This document shows, piece after piece, positions 39,826-52,589 of a stretch of 64,000 nucleotides of DNA. A program made the position numbers and the translations under genes. Source of the DNA: a virus (lineage: Duplodnaviria; Caudoviricetes); the IMG/VR virus record IMGVR_UViG_3300042307_000844; one strand, given 5' to 3'. The notes beneath the pieces are model-generated. The model saw only the letters and a program-made list of their open reading frames with translations. It was not told where the DNA came from and did not search any database. The first letter of the stretch is position 1. Every line of letters starts with the position of its first letter.

Positions 39826-39903
39826 TGGTAGTCCGGGCGGGTGTCGATCCCGCAACCTCTCACTTATAAGGCAAGCGCTCTCACCGCTTTGAGCTACCGG
39901 ACA
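39826..39903 (-). tRNA. tRNA-Ile(TAT)
   Basis: CTTGC-CTTATAA-GTGAG; T-arm GCGGG-ATCGACA-CCCGC; ACCA end. Confidence 0.85.
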
Positions 39904-42900
39904 ATTTTTATTTAATTTTATAGGACTTTTTCAAATCTCGCAAATGTTATAAATGTCTTCAATTTCAAAGTGTAGAAGAATCAATTGCCTACGCATCTCC
40001 CCAAGTTCCTTTTTCACTTTCTTCATATGAATCTTGGATTCAAGAGAGATATTTCCTTTTTCTTTATTGGCAATGTCCTGAATCATCGTTGCCAATTGCT
40101 GTTTAATGCTCTCGTATTGGTGCATGATCAAATCTTAATCTAGTTTTTAAGTAGTCGGGCGGTGTATTTGTCAATTGCGGGTTTCAAATCGTAAATCAAA
40201 TCTCTCAAATACAATGCAACTTCACTCTCCCCCGCTGAATGTCCCCTTTCATATGCCATATAGGACAAAACTGAAACAAATTCTTCGGGAATGCTTTTCA
40301 ATAGAAGCTCAGATTCCGTGGTTTCCTCAATCACCAGATCATCGCAAAAATCCATTTCATTTTCAACCTGCTCTTTGGTTGGATATTGGCAAGTGTATTT
40401 ATACTTTGCGCTTGTGCCGATATAAATTTTGTTCATGTTTGAAGTATCCTCTAGTTTTCACTCGCCCAAATATGTCCACCCCACAAATCCCAACCTTTGG
40501 AATAGCTCATCCTTGAAGATTGTTCGTGCTTCCTTTTCCGTCAAACGGATTTCCAGAGTATCCCCTTGGCATCCCTTGATTGCAGCGAACAAATCCGCGC
40601 TTCTCTCAAACCGATACAGACCTGCTTTGTGTTTCATGTTTGAAGTATCCTCTAGTTTTTAATAAGACATGATTCGGTAGAAATCATCATTCTTGTCCAC
40701 CCCAGCACCCGTTTCAGCAAAAGCAATCGACAATCCTTTTATGAACCAATCGGCTTGCTCTTTCGTCAGACCATAGGCGGAATCCCTACCGTTCATTCTC
40801 ACAGTGAAATACCCATTTTTGTCCTCTTTGAGTTCAATGCGGTGTGTCATGGGCTGATTATGGTTTAGTTTTTAAATTCTGATACTCCCGCCCATTCCAG
40901 AAGTTGGACATCCCCTGAATTGATATGCTCTTTCAGGGATTCCAGTTCCGCGATTTCCTCATAACTGATACGTTCCGCTTCAATCTCCCCGCGAAGGTAT
41001 TCCAATCGTTTTTGAATTTCGTTCATGGCTTAATTATCGTTTAGTTTTTAAGAGATTTTGGCAACCATCTCCACCCCATTCAAAGGGCGAGCGAAGAAAG
41101 CTTCGTTCCTATCGCTATTCCATCCCGTGTAAGCGAATTTCCTCCCCTCAAACGTGAGAACCTTTTTCACAAGCTTCTTCACATCATCCCATCCTTCGGG
41201 ACAATCCACTGTCAGGAATTCCCTCCCCACATCTTCCCGGATGCTATGTCTCACTGTCACTTCCTTGGGATCAATTGTTGCTTTCATGTCCGTATTGTGG
41301 TCTAGTTTTTAACCTCTTGATTTTCCTCATTATCCCAAACCATGAAATCAATCCGGTTCAAATCTTTCCTTGGCTTGCGATTCGTGAAACGTTCATTAGA
41401 ATCAGACAAACGAACAATCGTGAATTTGTAAAGATTTGAAAGAGGATTTTTCATACCTTTTGCGGGCGGGGCTTGCCAATGGATATAATACATGTTCATG
41501 TGCTGATTATGGTCTAGTTTTTAAAAGTCGTCCCCTTCCCTTGCAAACCCTACTCACCAGCGGGAGGAAGGGGACTATCCGACGAGAATTTATAGGGCGA
41601 TCTTGGCTTGGAATGCGCCATTGACTCGCGGTTGGATATACGATCCACTCTTGGAATGCCTCACCTTTGCGTCAGGATGCTCCTGTAGGGCGTTTGTCGC
41701 GGCAAAGAACCTTTCCCGCTTGGCTTTCTCTTCCGCCGCCTTGTTGCGCTCCTGAAAGAGCAATTCAACCCGTTCCGCCTTGCGATGGGCGCGATCCTTT
41801 TCCGCGAAGATCATTTTCAGCTTCTCCGAACGTGTGAACACGTTGCCCCTTGATGCTGCTCGGAAGATCGTTGGTGCTGAGTTCTTGCTTCCCATCCAGT
41901 TGCTTTTAAGTGTCGTTGTCATTGTGGTATCAGTGTAGGCTAGTTTTTATGCTTCCAGATTCAGGAGAGTCATACGGATTTCAATGGATACCCGCAAATC
42001 CCTGTCAATCTCGGAGAATTTCTTAGTGTAGAAAAACAAATCTTCCATGAAAATCTTGCGATTGTCAGAGGTTGTTTCGTGAAGATTTGCCTGAAGCTTG
42101 TCGCGCTCTTCGTAGAGACGGTTGATCTTATCTTCGTGGTATGCGATGTGTTCTTGCTTGGTCATGGTGTTATTGTGTTCTAGTTTTTATGCGTCTTGAA
42201 AGTTCTCCAATGCTCGGCAAAGTTTCCGCTTGTCGGCATGATCCATTTGCATTTCACTGGCAATGAACATAATATCACCATCCTTTAGGTTTTGGATGAA
42301 ATCCAGCAGGGCATCCCGCTCATCTTCCGTTAGCTTGTTGAGTTTGTCTTAGTAGTAGGACATGGCTTTATTATCGTTTAGTTTTTATTTTTTCCAAAGA
42401 ATTTAGAAAATCTTCCGCCGCCCATTTGAAATCGAGTGCGAGTGTATTATTTAAAATCGCTTCTCGTAGCCAGAAGGCTAATTTTTCAGCATTGTTCAAA
42501 AATTCATCGTCCATGGGTTCAGTATCGTTTAGTTTTTAATATCCGTTCTCCAATGCCCAATCCTCAATCTGAGAAAGAACCTTATTGGAAATCTTCTCTT
42601 CCCCCCCATTATCTTTCTCAAGGAATCCCATGTCCAGAGCAAGACCAAGGGAAGATGCTCCCCCCGTATTGCTCTCAATGTCACAATATGATCGTTGATC
42701 CCCTCCCTCCTCAAAGAGTTCCAAGGTGACGGTATATTTTCCAAATGTCTTGGTAATGGTTTCGTTTCTCATGGCTTTATTATCGTTTAGTTTTTAAGCG
42801 AAGTTGGTTTCGTATTCCGAATGGATTTCCCCGTTTTTGAAAATATAAATATATTTCACTTCCTTGTGGAAACCTTTCTTTTCCGCGAAGCTGTCCCAAT

Positions 42901-44816
42901 AATCACAGTCAATTATATGTTCCTTGACCCATGCTTTGGCTTCCTTGATTGTCAGGTGTTCCATGGGAGTTCCGATATGGTATTTCTCCCCATCAATCTC
43001 TTCAATACCTACGGTTTCAATTGTCATGGCGTAATTATGGTTTAGTTTTTATTCAGCAGTCCATCCCGAATCGCTTGCGTGGTTTCCTTGTTCCACCCAT
43101 ACAAACGGGCATCCATGTCCAGATTCATCAGGGCATTGGGAATGTTTCCGCTATAGTGCGCGGTTCCCAGAAAGTTCCACACAGCGGTTTCGTTCACCCT
43201 TGCGCGATTGGCAAGCTTTTCAATCTCTTCCCTCGGTATCTTGTTCATGGTCGCAATATTAATTTAGTTTTTAAGATTTCCAGTTCCTTTCGAATCTCTG
43301 CGATCTTTACCCGATTTTTAATAAAGTTATCCACGATATACATGGGAACTTTACTTTTAATTAAAACCTGAGAGGTTTCATCCATTGACAACATCCCCGC
43401 AAGTTTGATTTCCAATCGATCAATCTTTTCCGATAGTGTTTCTCTTTTGAATATGTTCATATGTGTATTATGGTTTAGTTTTTAAGATTCTATCTCTCTT
43501 CATGTTCAAAGGGAGGAGACACGTAAAAATTATCATACCAGAGAGAATAATTTTCGTGATAAACGGGACTGAGAGGATTGTTGGACAACCTAAATTCCAT
43601 GTCGCTTTTTGCAGAGATCATTAAAGCGCACAAACCACTATCGTTTTTAGACTCCCACGCTCTTATCATGGATTTGATTTTACTTTCCAGAACACAAATC
43701 CTTTCGTGTTGTGCGGATGAATATTGTCCATACCTATTCAATTTCCTTTTCATGATAGGATTGTGTGCTAGTTTTTAAAGGACTTCAATTCCCCGCGCCA
43801 TCAGATATCCCGTCATAACACCTTGGATATATGATTGCGTTTGCTGGTATGTCCCATAATCATCGGGAACATAATATTCCGATATCATATCACAATAGAA
43901 ATATCTATCATCACAACGAAAATTGTCAGTGGAGAATCCCGCACCCCAATTATAATTGAGGAATCGTTCAATCAATTCTTGCCGATATGGTTCCATGTCT
44001 TCTTCAAACGCATGGTCGTATTTGATATATATAATTTCTTTTTGCATATCATACATCGTGTGAGAAATCAATTGCAATATCCCATAGAACGTGATCGGAA
44101 TCATCCAACCATTCCTCATGTCCCAGCGCATCTGCACAACATTGTGCTGCTTCCGTCCAATTGGAAAAGTCTTGCATATTAATGGCGAACCATTTTTCAA
44201 TTTGTTTTTCCTCTGTCATGTCGTAATTGTGTTCTATTTTTTATGCGCCACCGGAGCATCCCCACAATCGTTCTCTTGAACGTAGCAAGCTCCCACATCC
44301 TGAAAAACATCCAGAAATTTCTGGATCAGTTCCACGCTATTCCCCCACATTCCAAGAGAGAAAATGATTCCCCGCTTGCCAAGTTCCCCGTGGCATTCCT
44401 CAAAATCTTCCGTGTCCATATGGACAAACATTTGCCGTTCGTCAACCCCATCCTTGAAACGGAAGATATAGAAATTCCAGTGAGGATCATATTCAGGCTT
44501 TACAAATACATTGGAATTGCTTACAAATGTATTTGTAGCTTCTCCTTGAATAGTTCTGATTACATCAAGCACCCTCTTACCAATCTCCCGAACATCAATG
44601 TTGTCGGTAACTACATATCCTTTAGTGTCGCATCCCATGGTTGTATTATGGTTTAGTTTTTAAAAGCAATAATCTTATTCCAAGATTCTCCCACCTTGTG
44701 ATTCCATTTCCATGCCAACTTATCAACCCGACGATTCCAGTATTTCCACCTACGGAAATTCCCACGTATCAGGCGATTTTCATTTTTGATTGCTTGGGAT
44801 AACTTTTCTCTCGTAG

Positions 44817-45038
44817 TCATGGCTTGTTAGCGATAAGAGATTCGAGAGCTACCACCTGCTCGTGGACTTCGCATGTTGCCAAATTGTAGTCTGGTTTTGT
44901 GCCGTGCTCGTATCCGCCGTTATAGAGGCAGACGAGCGACATACACTCTCCATTCGCGTGTCGGTTGCAGCGAGATTTCAAATCGCTAACAAGGCGGTGG
45001 AGGACAACAGCCTCCCGTTGAGTCTCAGGTGTATTCAT
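44817..45038 (-). CDS. Captured integron-type cassette gene (Cys-rich, 73 aa)
   Basis: Bounded on the minus strand by GTTAGCGAT (44990-44982) and its exact reverse complement ATCGCTAAC (44834-44826). Confidence 0.75.
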   Translation of the reverse strand: MNTPETQREAVVLHRLVSDLKSRCNRHANGECMSLVCLYNGGYEHGTKPDYNLATCEVHEQVVALESLIANKP

Positions 45039-45080
45039 AGATTTTCGGCGGGAGGCTGTGCCTCACCTTGGTCGATATTG
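44984..45080 (-). mobile_element. Degenerate attC-like site
   Basis: AACAAGGCGGTGGAGGACAACAGCCTCCCG...CGGGAGGCTGTGCCTCACCTTGGTCG(AT); one core is replaced by the phage promoter's -10. Confidence 0.7.
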
Positions 45081-46524
45081 GTTTAGTTTTTAAATAGAAA
45101 TTCCTGCTCATTGTCGATGGATTCCTTACACTCTTCCATGTCATCAAACTTGAGAAAACGTTCTTGCGTATCGGAATAATACTCAAACATTCCAGAGGGG
45201 AATAGAATAGTGATACCTTTGCCGTTGTGTTCAATGTAATCAGTCATGGCTTTATTATCGTTTAGTTTTTAAGATCACCGATCAGTCCTTGCGCTTGCCC
45301 AGACCTTGACAATCTCTCCACTTTTCAACTTAACTTCCACGCTGTTAATGGTTGCCGAATCCTCAATGACTTTCTCAATATCCTTGGAAAATTGATAGGA
45401 TGGGCAAGATGAATATCCGATTTGCCATTGTTCATCCAATTCTTGGCATTCCTCTCGCTCAATTTCCTCCCCATCCCTTGTCCCTTCGGAGATACGCCAT
45501 TCCGCCACAATATCCATGGGAATGCTATAATCACCTTGGCATCGCATGAACAAAGGATAGGCATAACCTCCCCGCACATCACATCCCGTATGGGCATAGC
45601 ATACCATGATAGCTTCGTCATCGTAAATCCAATCCCGCTTCACATTATCAAAATGGGAATATACTTCCCATACATAGTCCTGAGATAAGTCATTCTCATT
45701 ATTATATGTATTGTCCCTTGCAAGTTGTGTTAATCCCAACACTTCGGTTGCAAAGGTTTTCCCTGCTTCAAACCATGATAAATCGGAATTCTCTTCCAAT
45801 GCCGCCCATGCTTCAAATTGCTCTTGGATATCGAAATCCACTTCACAAGTTTCAGCAAGGAAAAGAGCGGTTTCAATGGTTGCGGTAACATCGTTACCAT
45901 ATACATCGATCCTCACCATCGGTTGCTCTTCGGAGATTGGAGGCTTTTCATAATGCCTTCCGTAGTAGTCTCCACTATCCAACATGGACTTGCCTGTATT
46001 GAATCGGAATGCCTTGGCGATTGTCTCTTGGTTCTTGGTCATGTCGTAATTGTGTTCTAGTTTTTAATGCGTCTTGGTCTTGTCGGATTTGTCGGGCGCG
46101 GTTCATCCACATCATTGACATTGCGAAAGATGTTCCTGTATGCCGCCACAATCACCCCCATGGGCAATCCTGAAACTTCCGCCATCTTTTCCATGCTCAC
46201 ATCTTCCAGAATGTATCGGGCGGAACCAATGGCTTGCCAACGATCATCGTCAGTCATGTCCTCATAGGGCTTGATGTTTTCAATGTCCATGTCGTAATTA
46301 TTGTTTAGTTTTTATGGGAGGAGATAGTAGCATTCCCCATCCTCATCCCTCCAGTATCCCCCGAACAGACTTTGATCCTTACACCATTCAAAGCGTATCA
46401 TCATCCCCTTGCATTGCTTTTCCGTTCCCCGGAAATATTCGGGAAGATCAAGCATGTCCGTTCCCTTGTGCAGATGTTCCAGAGTGTGTTTAACGATCTT
46501 CATGATAGGAGTATGCTCTAGTTT

Positions 46525-47010
46525 TTATACCGCTTTAATCTCACCCTTACAGCACATGCAAGTGTATGTTTTACCCTCCATGATCCGATTCACAATCGTT
46601 TTGGATACAGTATGTTGACGGCATCCACAAGCGAAGAGATATTTCTTGACCTTGCGTGTCCTCTCAATGCCTGTAACATCGTAGCTATGGCATCGTGGCA
46701 TGGTTTCCCCCGTAAGCACACGGCAAAAGTGACCCCATTCCCTCCCATGTGGCTTGGAATGGGGATAATGCTTGAACTGTAGGATGTGTGCCATTTCATG
46801 GGGGACCGTGCTGGACAAGAATTCGTCCATGTGCCTTTCAGCAAGAGCGAGATTGAATCGCATCTTGTGGCTTCTACGGAAAGCCTGTCCAGCGGTAGCA
46901 CCCTTGAGAGAAAAATCAATCACACACTTGGGGAATTCGTAACCCTTAATTCGGGCAACTTCCGCAAATTGTTGGATTGTCTGGTGAATTCGGTTCTTGG
47001 TATCGGTCAT
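46525..47010 (-). CDS. SprT-like zinc metalloprotease
   Basis: TVPHEMAH, HGREW, FACGC, YTCMCC. Confidence 0.88.
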   Translation of the reverse strand: MTDTKNRIHQTIQQFAEVARIKGYEFPKCVIDFSLKGATAGQAFRRSHKMRFNLALAERHMDEFLSSTVPHEMAHILQFKHYPHSKPHGREWGHFCRVLTGETMPRCHSYDVTGIERTRKVKKYLFACGCRQHTVSKTIVNRIMEGKTYTCMCCKGEIKAV

Positions 47011-49528
47011 GGTGGGATTATCTGCTAGTTTTTATACGCAGAGATAGACTCGCTTGCTTGATCCATCCTCATTGGAGTAGATTGTGATATATGGGAACAT
47101 GCGAACACCATCCCTAACTTCACTCTTATCAAACATCAGATCATATTCCAGATCGGATAAGTCCTTGGGAAGCATATCTTCGTATTCCCATTCCACAGTA
47201 TATAGATCATAGTCTTTCATAATATTAAAGGTTCCTGATTACCGTATATCAGGATCGGGCGGGAGCTTCCGCTATGCTTGGCTATGGAAACATATCAATC
47301 AATCACTTCTTCAGTGGAGAGAACGTTTTCCATCTTGATCGTGAAGCATTCAGGCTTTTCCTTTTCCCCCGTCAGTTTCTTGGCTTCCGATGGAGTGAGA
47401 TATGTGGCAAAGATATCTTTTGATATCTCATTACCATTGGCAAAATATCGCACAACAGGAATCGAATCAGTTGGATACATGCGAAGATAATAATTGGTAT
47501 TGCCTTCCTTTTCATATTTGATTAGGTAGGGAAAGTAGGCCCACTCCCCGAAAGGAAGGGATTGAACTTCCCCACGTTCGCCGGATTCGATCCCAGCCTT
47601 GACACTGGAAAGATTGGCGAAATCAAGACCAGAACGAATAATTGAAGTGGTGCGTTTTTCCAGAACAACATCCTTGAATGAGGCTGCTGGTTTTGGATTG
47701 CTTTTCCATGCCGCTCGCATGAATTGACCCTTTCCTTTGAAAAAGTTGGAAAGGATTTCGTTGGCAGTCAATGACTGAATGTTTGTAGTGATGTTCATGT
47801 TTGTAGTGTAGTCTAGTTTTTAATAAAAAATGTATCCCAGCCCAAGACTATCTTGTTGGAGATTTCTGAGAACGTTTTTCAATTCCTTTACACCCGTAGT
47901 ATCATAGTCCTCTCCCATGTCCTTGGCATCAAGAACCATTTCAAAGAAACATTCCCCGATTGCTCCCATGAGATCGTCCTTACTATCGCACGTAATGGCG
48001 GTTGTTGTCTTCCCATACATTCCCCGTCCACTGTAATCTTCGTAAAGGGATAGGTCGTTTCCGTAATCAATAATCATTTCTGCGATGTCTTTGTTCATGT
48101 GCGTATTATGTTTTATTTTTTAAATAATATCAATGTGTGATTTTTCGCAATCCACTGTGATCATGGCAGAGAATTGATCGACATTATGATCAATCTCCAC
48201 AATTCCATCCTTAAAGTCCTCCGCAAAAAATGTATAGAATTCCCGATTTTCAGCATTCATCAAATCGGAGATATTGTTGTGAGCATCCGCCACATCAGGA
48301 TAGATATCAACCGGAACATACATTAGAACCGGAATCGCGTGGTATTGTTTTGTCATAGTATAAGTATCGTTTAGTTTTTAATCCAGATTCGGAACCCATA
48401 GATATGCTATCAATAAAGCAACACCCCATAGAAAGTTTCCTGATATCATCAGCCAACACATTGTAATGAAAATAATTCCAGTTATCATAATTAAAATTCC
48501 TCCCCTTCTTCGGTGTAGATATCCGCATCTTCATCCAGATAATCCATGATACATTCCTCACTTGTGAGATATGCGTATTCGTTCTCCAGAGTATCGCAGA
48601 ACATCTTGGCGACTTGATCAAATGCCTTGCGAACAGTTCTCCCATCAAGCAGTTCCTTCCATACGCATTCCACGATGTCCTCGTCAAAGCATACACCCGT
48701 GAATCCGCACACACCGGGGAATTCCATGTCCTTGAAATGTTTGGGACGCGCATAGCCATTGTCGATCAGAACCCGCAGAAACCATGCCAGAGCGCGATTG
48801 CCTTCCAAGTCTTTAACGTAATAATTAGCAACTTTCACCTTCCAATTTTGGCAATAGCTACCAAAGGAATAGTCAACCAATCGCAGATTGCAAGCTTCAC
48901 AGACTGCTTTCAGGGAATCCAGCATCTCTTGGGAAGTGAATTCCAAAAGACATTCATCGTTCTCCGCATCCCTGATCTTGTTGGTGATTACCCGTGCTTG
49001 CGCTTCGGGAGATAACTCCTTGTAGGAGTAGAGTTGTGTGGTGATTGTTGTCATGGTTTGATTGTGGTTTAGTTTTTAAAAGCGAATGCTTCAGGATACG
49101 AGTTCCATGCGGGATTCTTTTTCCGTAGGATTTCCAATTCTTCCAATGTCGGCTTGTTGTCCTGCTTTGCAATCCAATCAATGGCATGGTATCGTTCAGC
49201 GATTTTCCGTTGGGATTGGTAGAACATTTGTTGTTGCGTCTGCATGTTCAAATATTAATCTAGTTTTTATTCCTCCAACCCCAAAGCTTTCAACATGTCT
49301 TTTTTTGTTTTCAGTTTATTTGCGTATGATATATCAACATCACATCTAGTAGCTGTCATATCCTCCCAAACCTGAATTCCCCTTGAACGATTCGTCTTAC
49401 CTTTGGTAATGAAAATACAATCGTGACAATGGGATACCCTATAATTGTTTTGCTCCGCAATTTCAATCACTGCTAGTATCTTTTTAGAGATATTTTTCAT
49501 ATCCAAATCTTAATCTAGTTTTTAAAAG

Positions 49529-49583
49529 TGGTCGGGCGTAATGCTATTCCCGTTCCTTCCGTCTCAGCATTTTTCCCGTCCGA
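49529..49583 (-). ncRNA. Possible tRNA remnant / CCA-ending hairpin
   Basis: CGGACG...AATGCT-loop-AGCATT-ACGCCCG-A-CCA, in the same context as true tRNAs (ACCA-CTTTTAAAAACTA). Confidence 0.35.
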
Positions 49584-49973
49584 GCGGGATTAATCGGAAG
49601 CTGTTTTTGACACTCAAGCCTCTACCAGAGCATGGGAAAATTCTTTCTCCGTGATATCAGCATCCCCATACTTTTCCATCCATTCCATGGCTTCTGATTC
49701 GCTTAGGGCGATGATATCAGAAGAACCTCCCCGCCCGTTGTTTCCAACTGGACATGAATATTTGCTCATGGCATTACCAGAACCATATAGAAAGTAATTC
49801 CCCTTCTTGGTTTTGTAAAGCGATTCAGTGTAATGATTGAAATCCGTTGAATAATAATTATTGGAATAATAATCAATTTCAGTTGCGGTTTCCGTGTTAT
49901 AGACTTTTCCTTCGATTACTTTTTTCATATGTTTCTTTCTCGTTACGACCAAATCTTAATCTAGTTTTTAAAA

Positions 49974-50079
49974 GGTTGGGGCGGGAGGACTTGAACCTCC
50001 ATCGCTGACTCGTCTGGCAGACAGTGGATATCATGTCTGTTGCGACCACATGCCGACATACCATTAGTCGCACACCCCA
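49974..50079 (-). ncRNA. tRNA-like RNA with 11-nt anticodon loop and 31-nt insert
   Basis: TGGGGTG/CGCCCCA-A-CC; D-arm CGAC-TAATGGTAT-GTCG; T-arm GGAGG-TTCAAGT-CCTCC; CATGT-GGTCGCAACAG-ACATG. Confidence 0.75.
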
Positions 50080-50432
50080 AATCTATCATCCAGCAGTAAG
50101 AACCAGATCACCCCGCTTGATAAGCTTCTCACGCTCCACGGGATTGACAAGAGCAGATACAAAGCTTCTCTTGTTCTCCATACCCAAGCCGAATTCAGCG
50201 GAGTATGCCTTACGTCCAAGGTCTTTGTTCGATCCACCAGTGCCATTGCCCCTAGTCCAGAATTCCGTCGCACCTTGGGCAAGGTAGAACATGTTCCCGC
50301 CGCGATTACCTGCACCATTCCATGCCAGAGAGACGATTTCCGTCATCTGATTCAGAGAACGGGTGGAAAGCTTCTCATCGCTCTTGGTCTTGTCTTCATG
50401 TTGTCAGTGTAGTCTAGTTTTTAAAGAGCATG

Positions 50433-51066
50433 TTAGTAAGCCCATTTAGCATCCCCAAGGATTTCTGTTGAGTCTTGCCACCAGTCATCCCATTGTTCGT
50501 TTGTAGCGACATTCCAATCAGGTATGCGCTCCACTGCACCTTTCGGAGTAAGACTGATTGGCAACCATTTCAAACGGTTGTTTGGATAGATTGCAATTTG
50601 TCCATTTGACAACTTCACAACATTCCCCTCCTTGTGTTCTTCAAGAAGTTCCACATCGCCAATGTCAATCATCCCAGCAGCTTGTCCTTCTGGAAGGAAA
50701 TCAATGGTGAACCAGTAATGTCCAGTCATGGGGGCGCAACCTTTCCCCATATTCACCAACATAGGGACATCTGCAAGCTGACTTTTCTGCCAAACCTCGA
50801 TACTACCCGTTAAACACTCCCACATTTGCACTTTATGAAGCGGAAGATTAACTTGTTCACCATTCGGCTCATAGTGATAGACACATTGAGGGGGAATCTT
50901 GTCGAAACAAGCAGCAAATCGATCTACCCAAACTTGAAAGCAGAACGGACGATTCCGCATTGCTCTGACACTGAGTAACCACGCAGGTTCAAAATCAGTC
51001 TCATTACCACCGAATGCATCGGCGCGAATATAGACTCTGGCTTTAGGTATATTAACGTTTCTCATA
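50433..51066 (-). CDS. Conserved phage hypothetical protein
   Basis: WLLSVRAMRNRPFCFQVW...FDKIP...QMWEC...YWFTIDF...YPNNR; start placed at MRNVNIPK, coupled to the upstream stop. Confidence 0.6.
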
Positions 51067-52589
51067 ATTTTATCCTTCGATGCAATGCTCATCAAATTTC
51101 GCAATCGCCTCATCCAGATTGATGGGAAGGAAAGATGGCTTGCTGCCGTTCTTCATATCCGCAATGGGATTTGCCCATTGATCCGATTCTCTTCCCAAAT
51201 ACCAGTAAGCTTTCTTGTTCCTTGCGATGACCCTACCAGAGAATAGATTACCAGTAGGAATCCCATCCGTCTCCACAACGAATCGGGTGTTCTTTTCCTT
51301 GTCAATGTCCAGAGGAATGAACATGTAGTATTGTTTGGTCATGGCGTTATTGTGTTCTAGTTTTTATCCAGCAAATCCAGCACCCATTGAAGGCGGAATT
51401 GTGCGGGGAAACGATCAGAAATATATTGAAGATTGATAAGGATTGATTCTTCCGATTCATATCCATAGGTATCCACTCCCTTTCTATTATCTAAAGGCAT
51501 CCACCCCCTCATTTGATCATACCAATTCAGATAGCGAAGTTCAGCAGCAATCTCTCCCCTGTGTGGTTTCAGGATTTCAATAGCTTTGGGGAGTGTCATG
51601 TCCTTCAAACCATAAAAATTTGAAAATACCCGTCTAAGAATTTCATAGCGATGCTCTCGCTTCCTTTGGATTCTGTTGATTGTTGTTCTCTTCATGGCTC
51701 AAGTATCGTCTAGTTTTTAACCCCTTTGGGTAATCTTACCATCCGCATCCCAAGCTTCCACTCTCCGATAGCTAAGACTTGCCTCAATAGCATCCATCGT
51801 TTGTTCCACATAATGGGAAAGCTTGCAGGTTTCCAGATAGTTCCATCTTTTGGTGAGTTCTTCATCTGTCCACTCCTCAAATTTATCTACGAAATCTTCC
51901 ATGGGTTGATTATAATTTAGTTTTTATCCAAACTTCGCGCCACATAATCCTCAATCCCATCGCTTGGATCGTCCACGCATACCAGAGAATTGTTCAGCAT
52001 TGCCTTGATCTGATTCATGTTCAGGGCTTGCATATCATCCTCTACTCCCAACCACCCTTCAACATATTCTCGAACTTGTTTGATTGTAAATGTTTTATTC
52101 GGCATGAGAACAGTGTGTGCTATTTTTTAATTCACATATCGTAATAGATAGTGTCGTTCGCATCACCAAACAACCTCTCCATCAAACGGTTCTTCCATAG
52201 CCTGTCCGTTTCGTTTCCAACCTCTCTCACTACGTTTCCAATGATATCCCTAAACGATGGATACTCTTCGTAATGCCCGATATAATCAGAATAACAACCA
52301 TCCCAATAGATATCAATTTTCAATCCTTTTTTAAGTTGTCTTTCCTTAACCGTGAAACCAAGTTCTTCCAATTGTTCTTTTGTCAATGCTTTCATATTAT
52401 TTTGATTGAGGAATCATCATATTGTGAGATACTTCTTTAATATCGCCATCGTGTTCAACATAAAGAGTTGAAGCATCGGGATTACAATCCTGCATAAATA
52501 GACATGCTTCGGTTATTTCAACAACTCCTAGATTCCTATGTGTTGCTTTACCCAACTTAAAATCATTATCAAATTTAATTTCTTTCATA

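Noticed and set aside
47232-47275. Two small intergenic hairpins as a riboswitch
   Set aside because: Short, with no recognisable aptamer consensus; cannot be supported from sequence alone.
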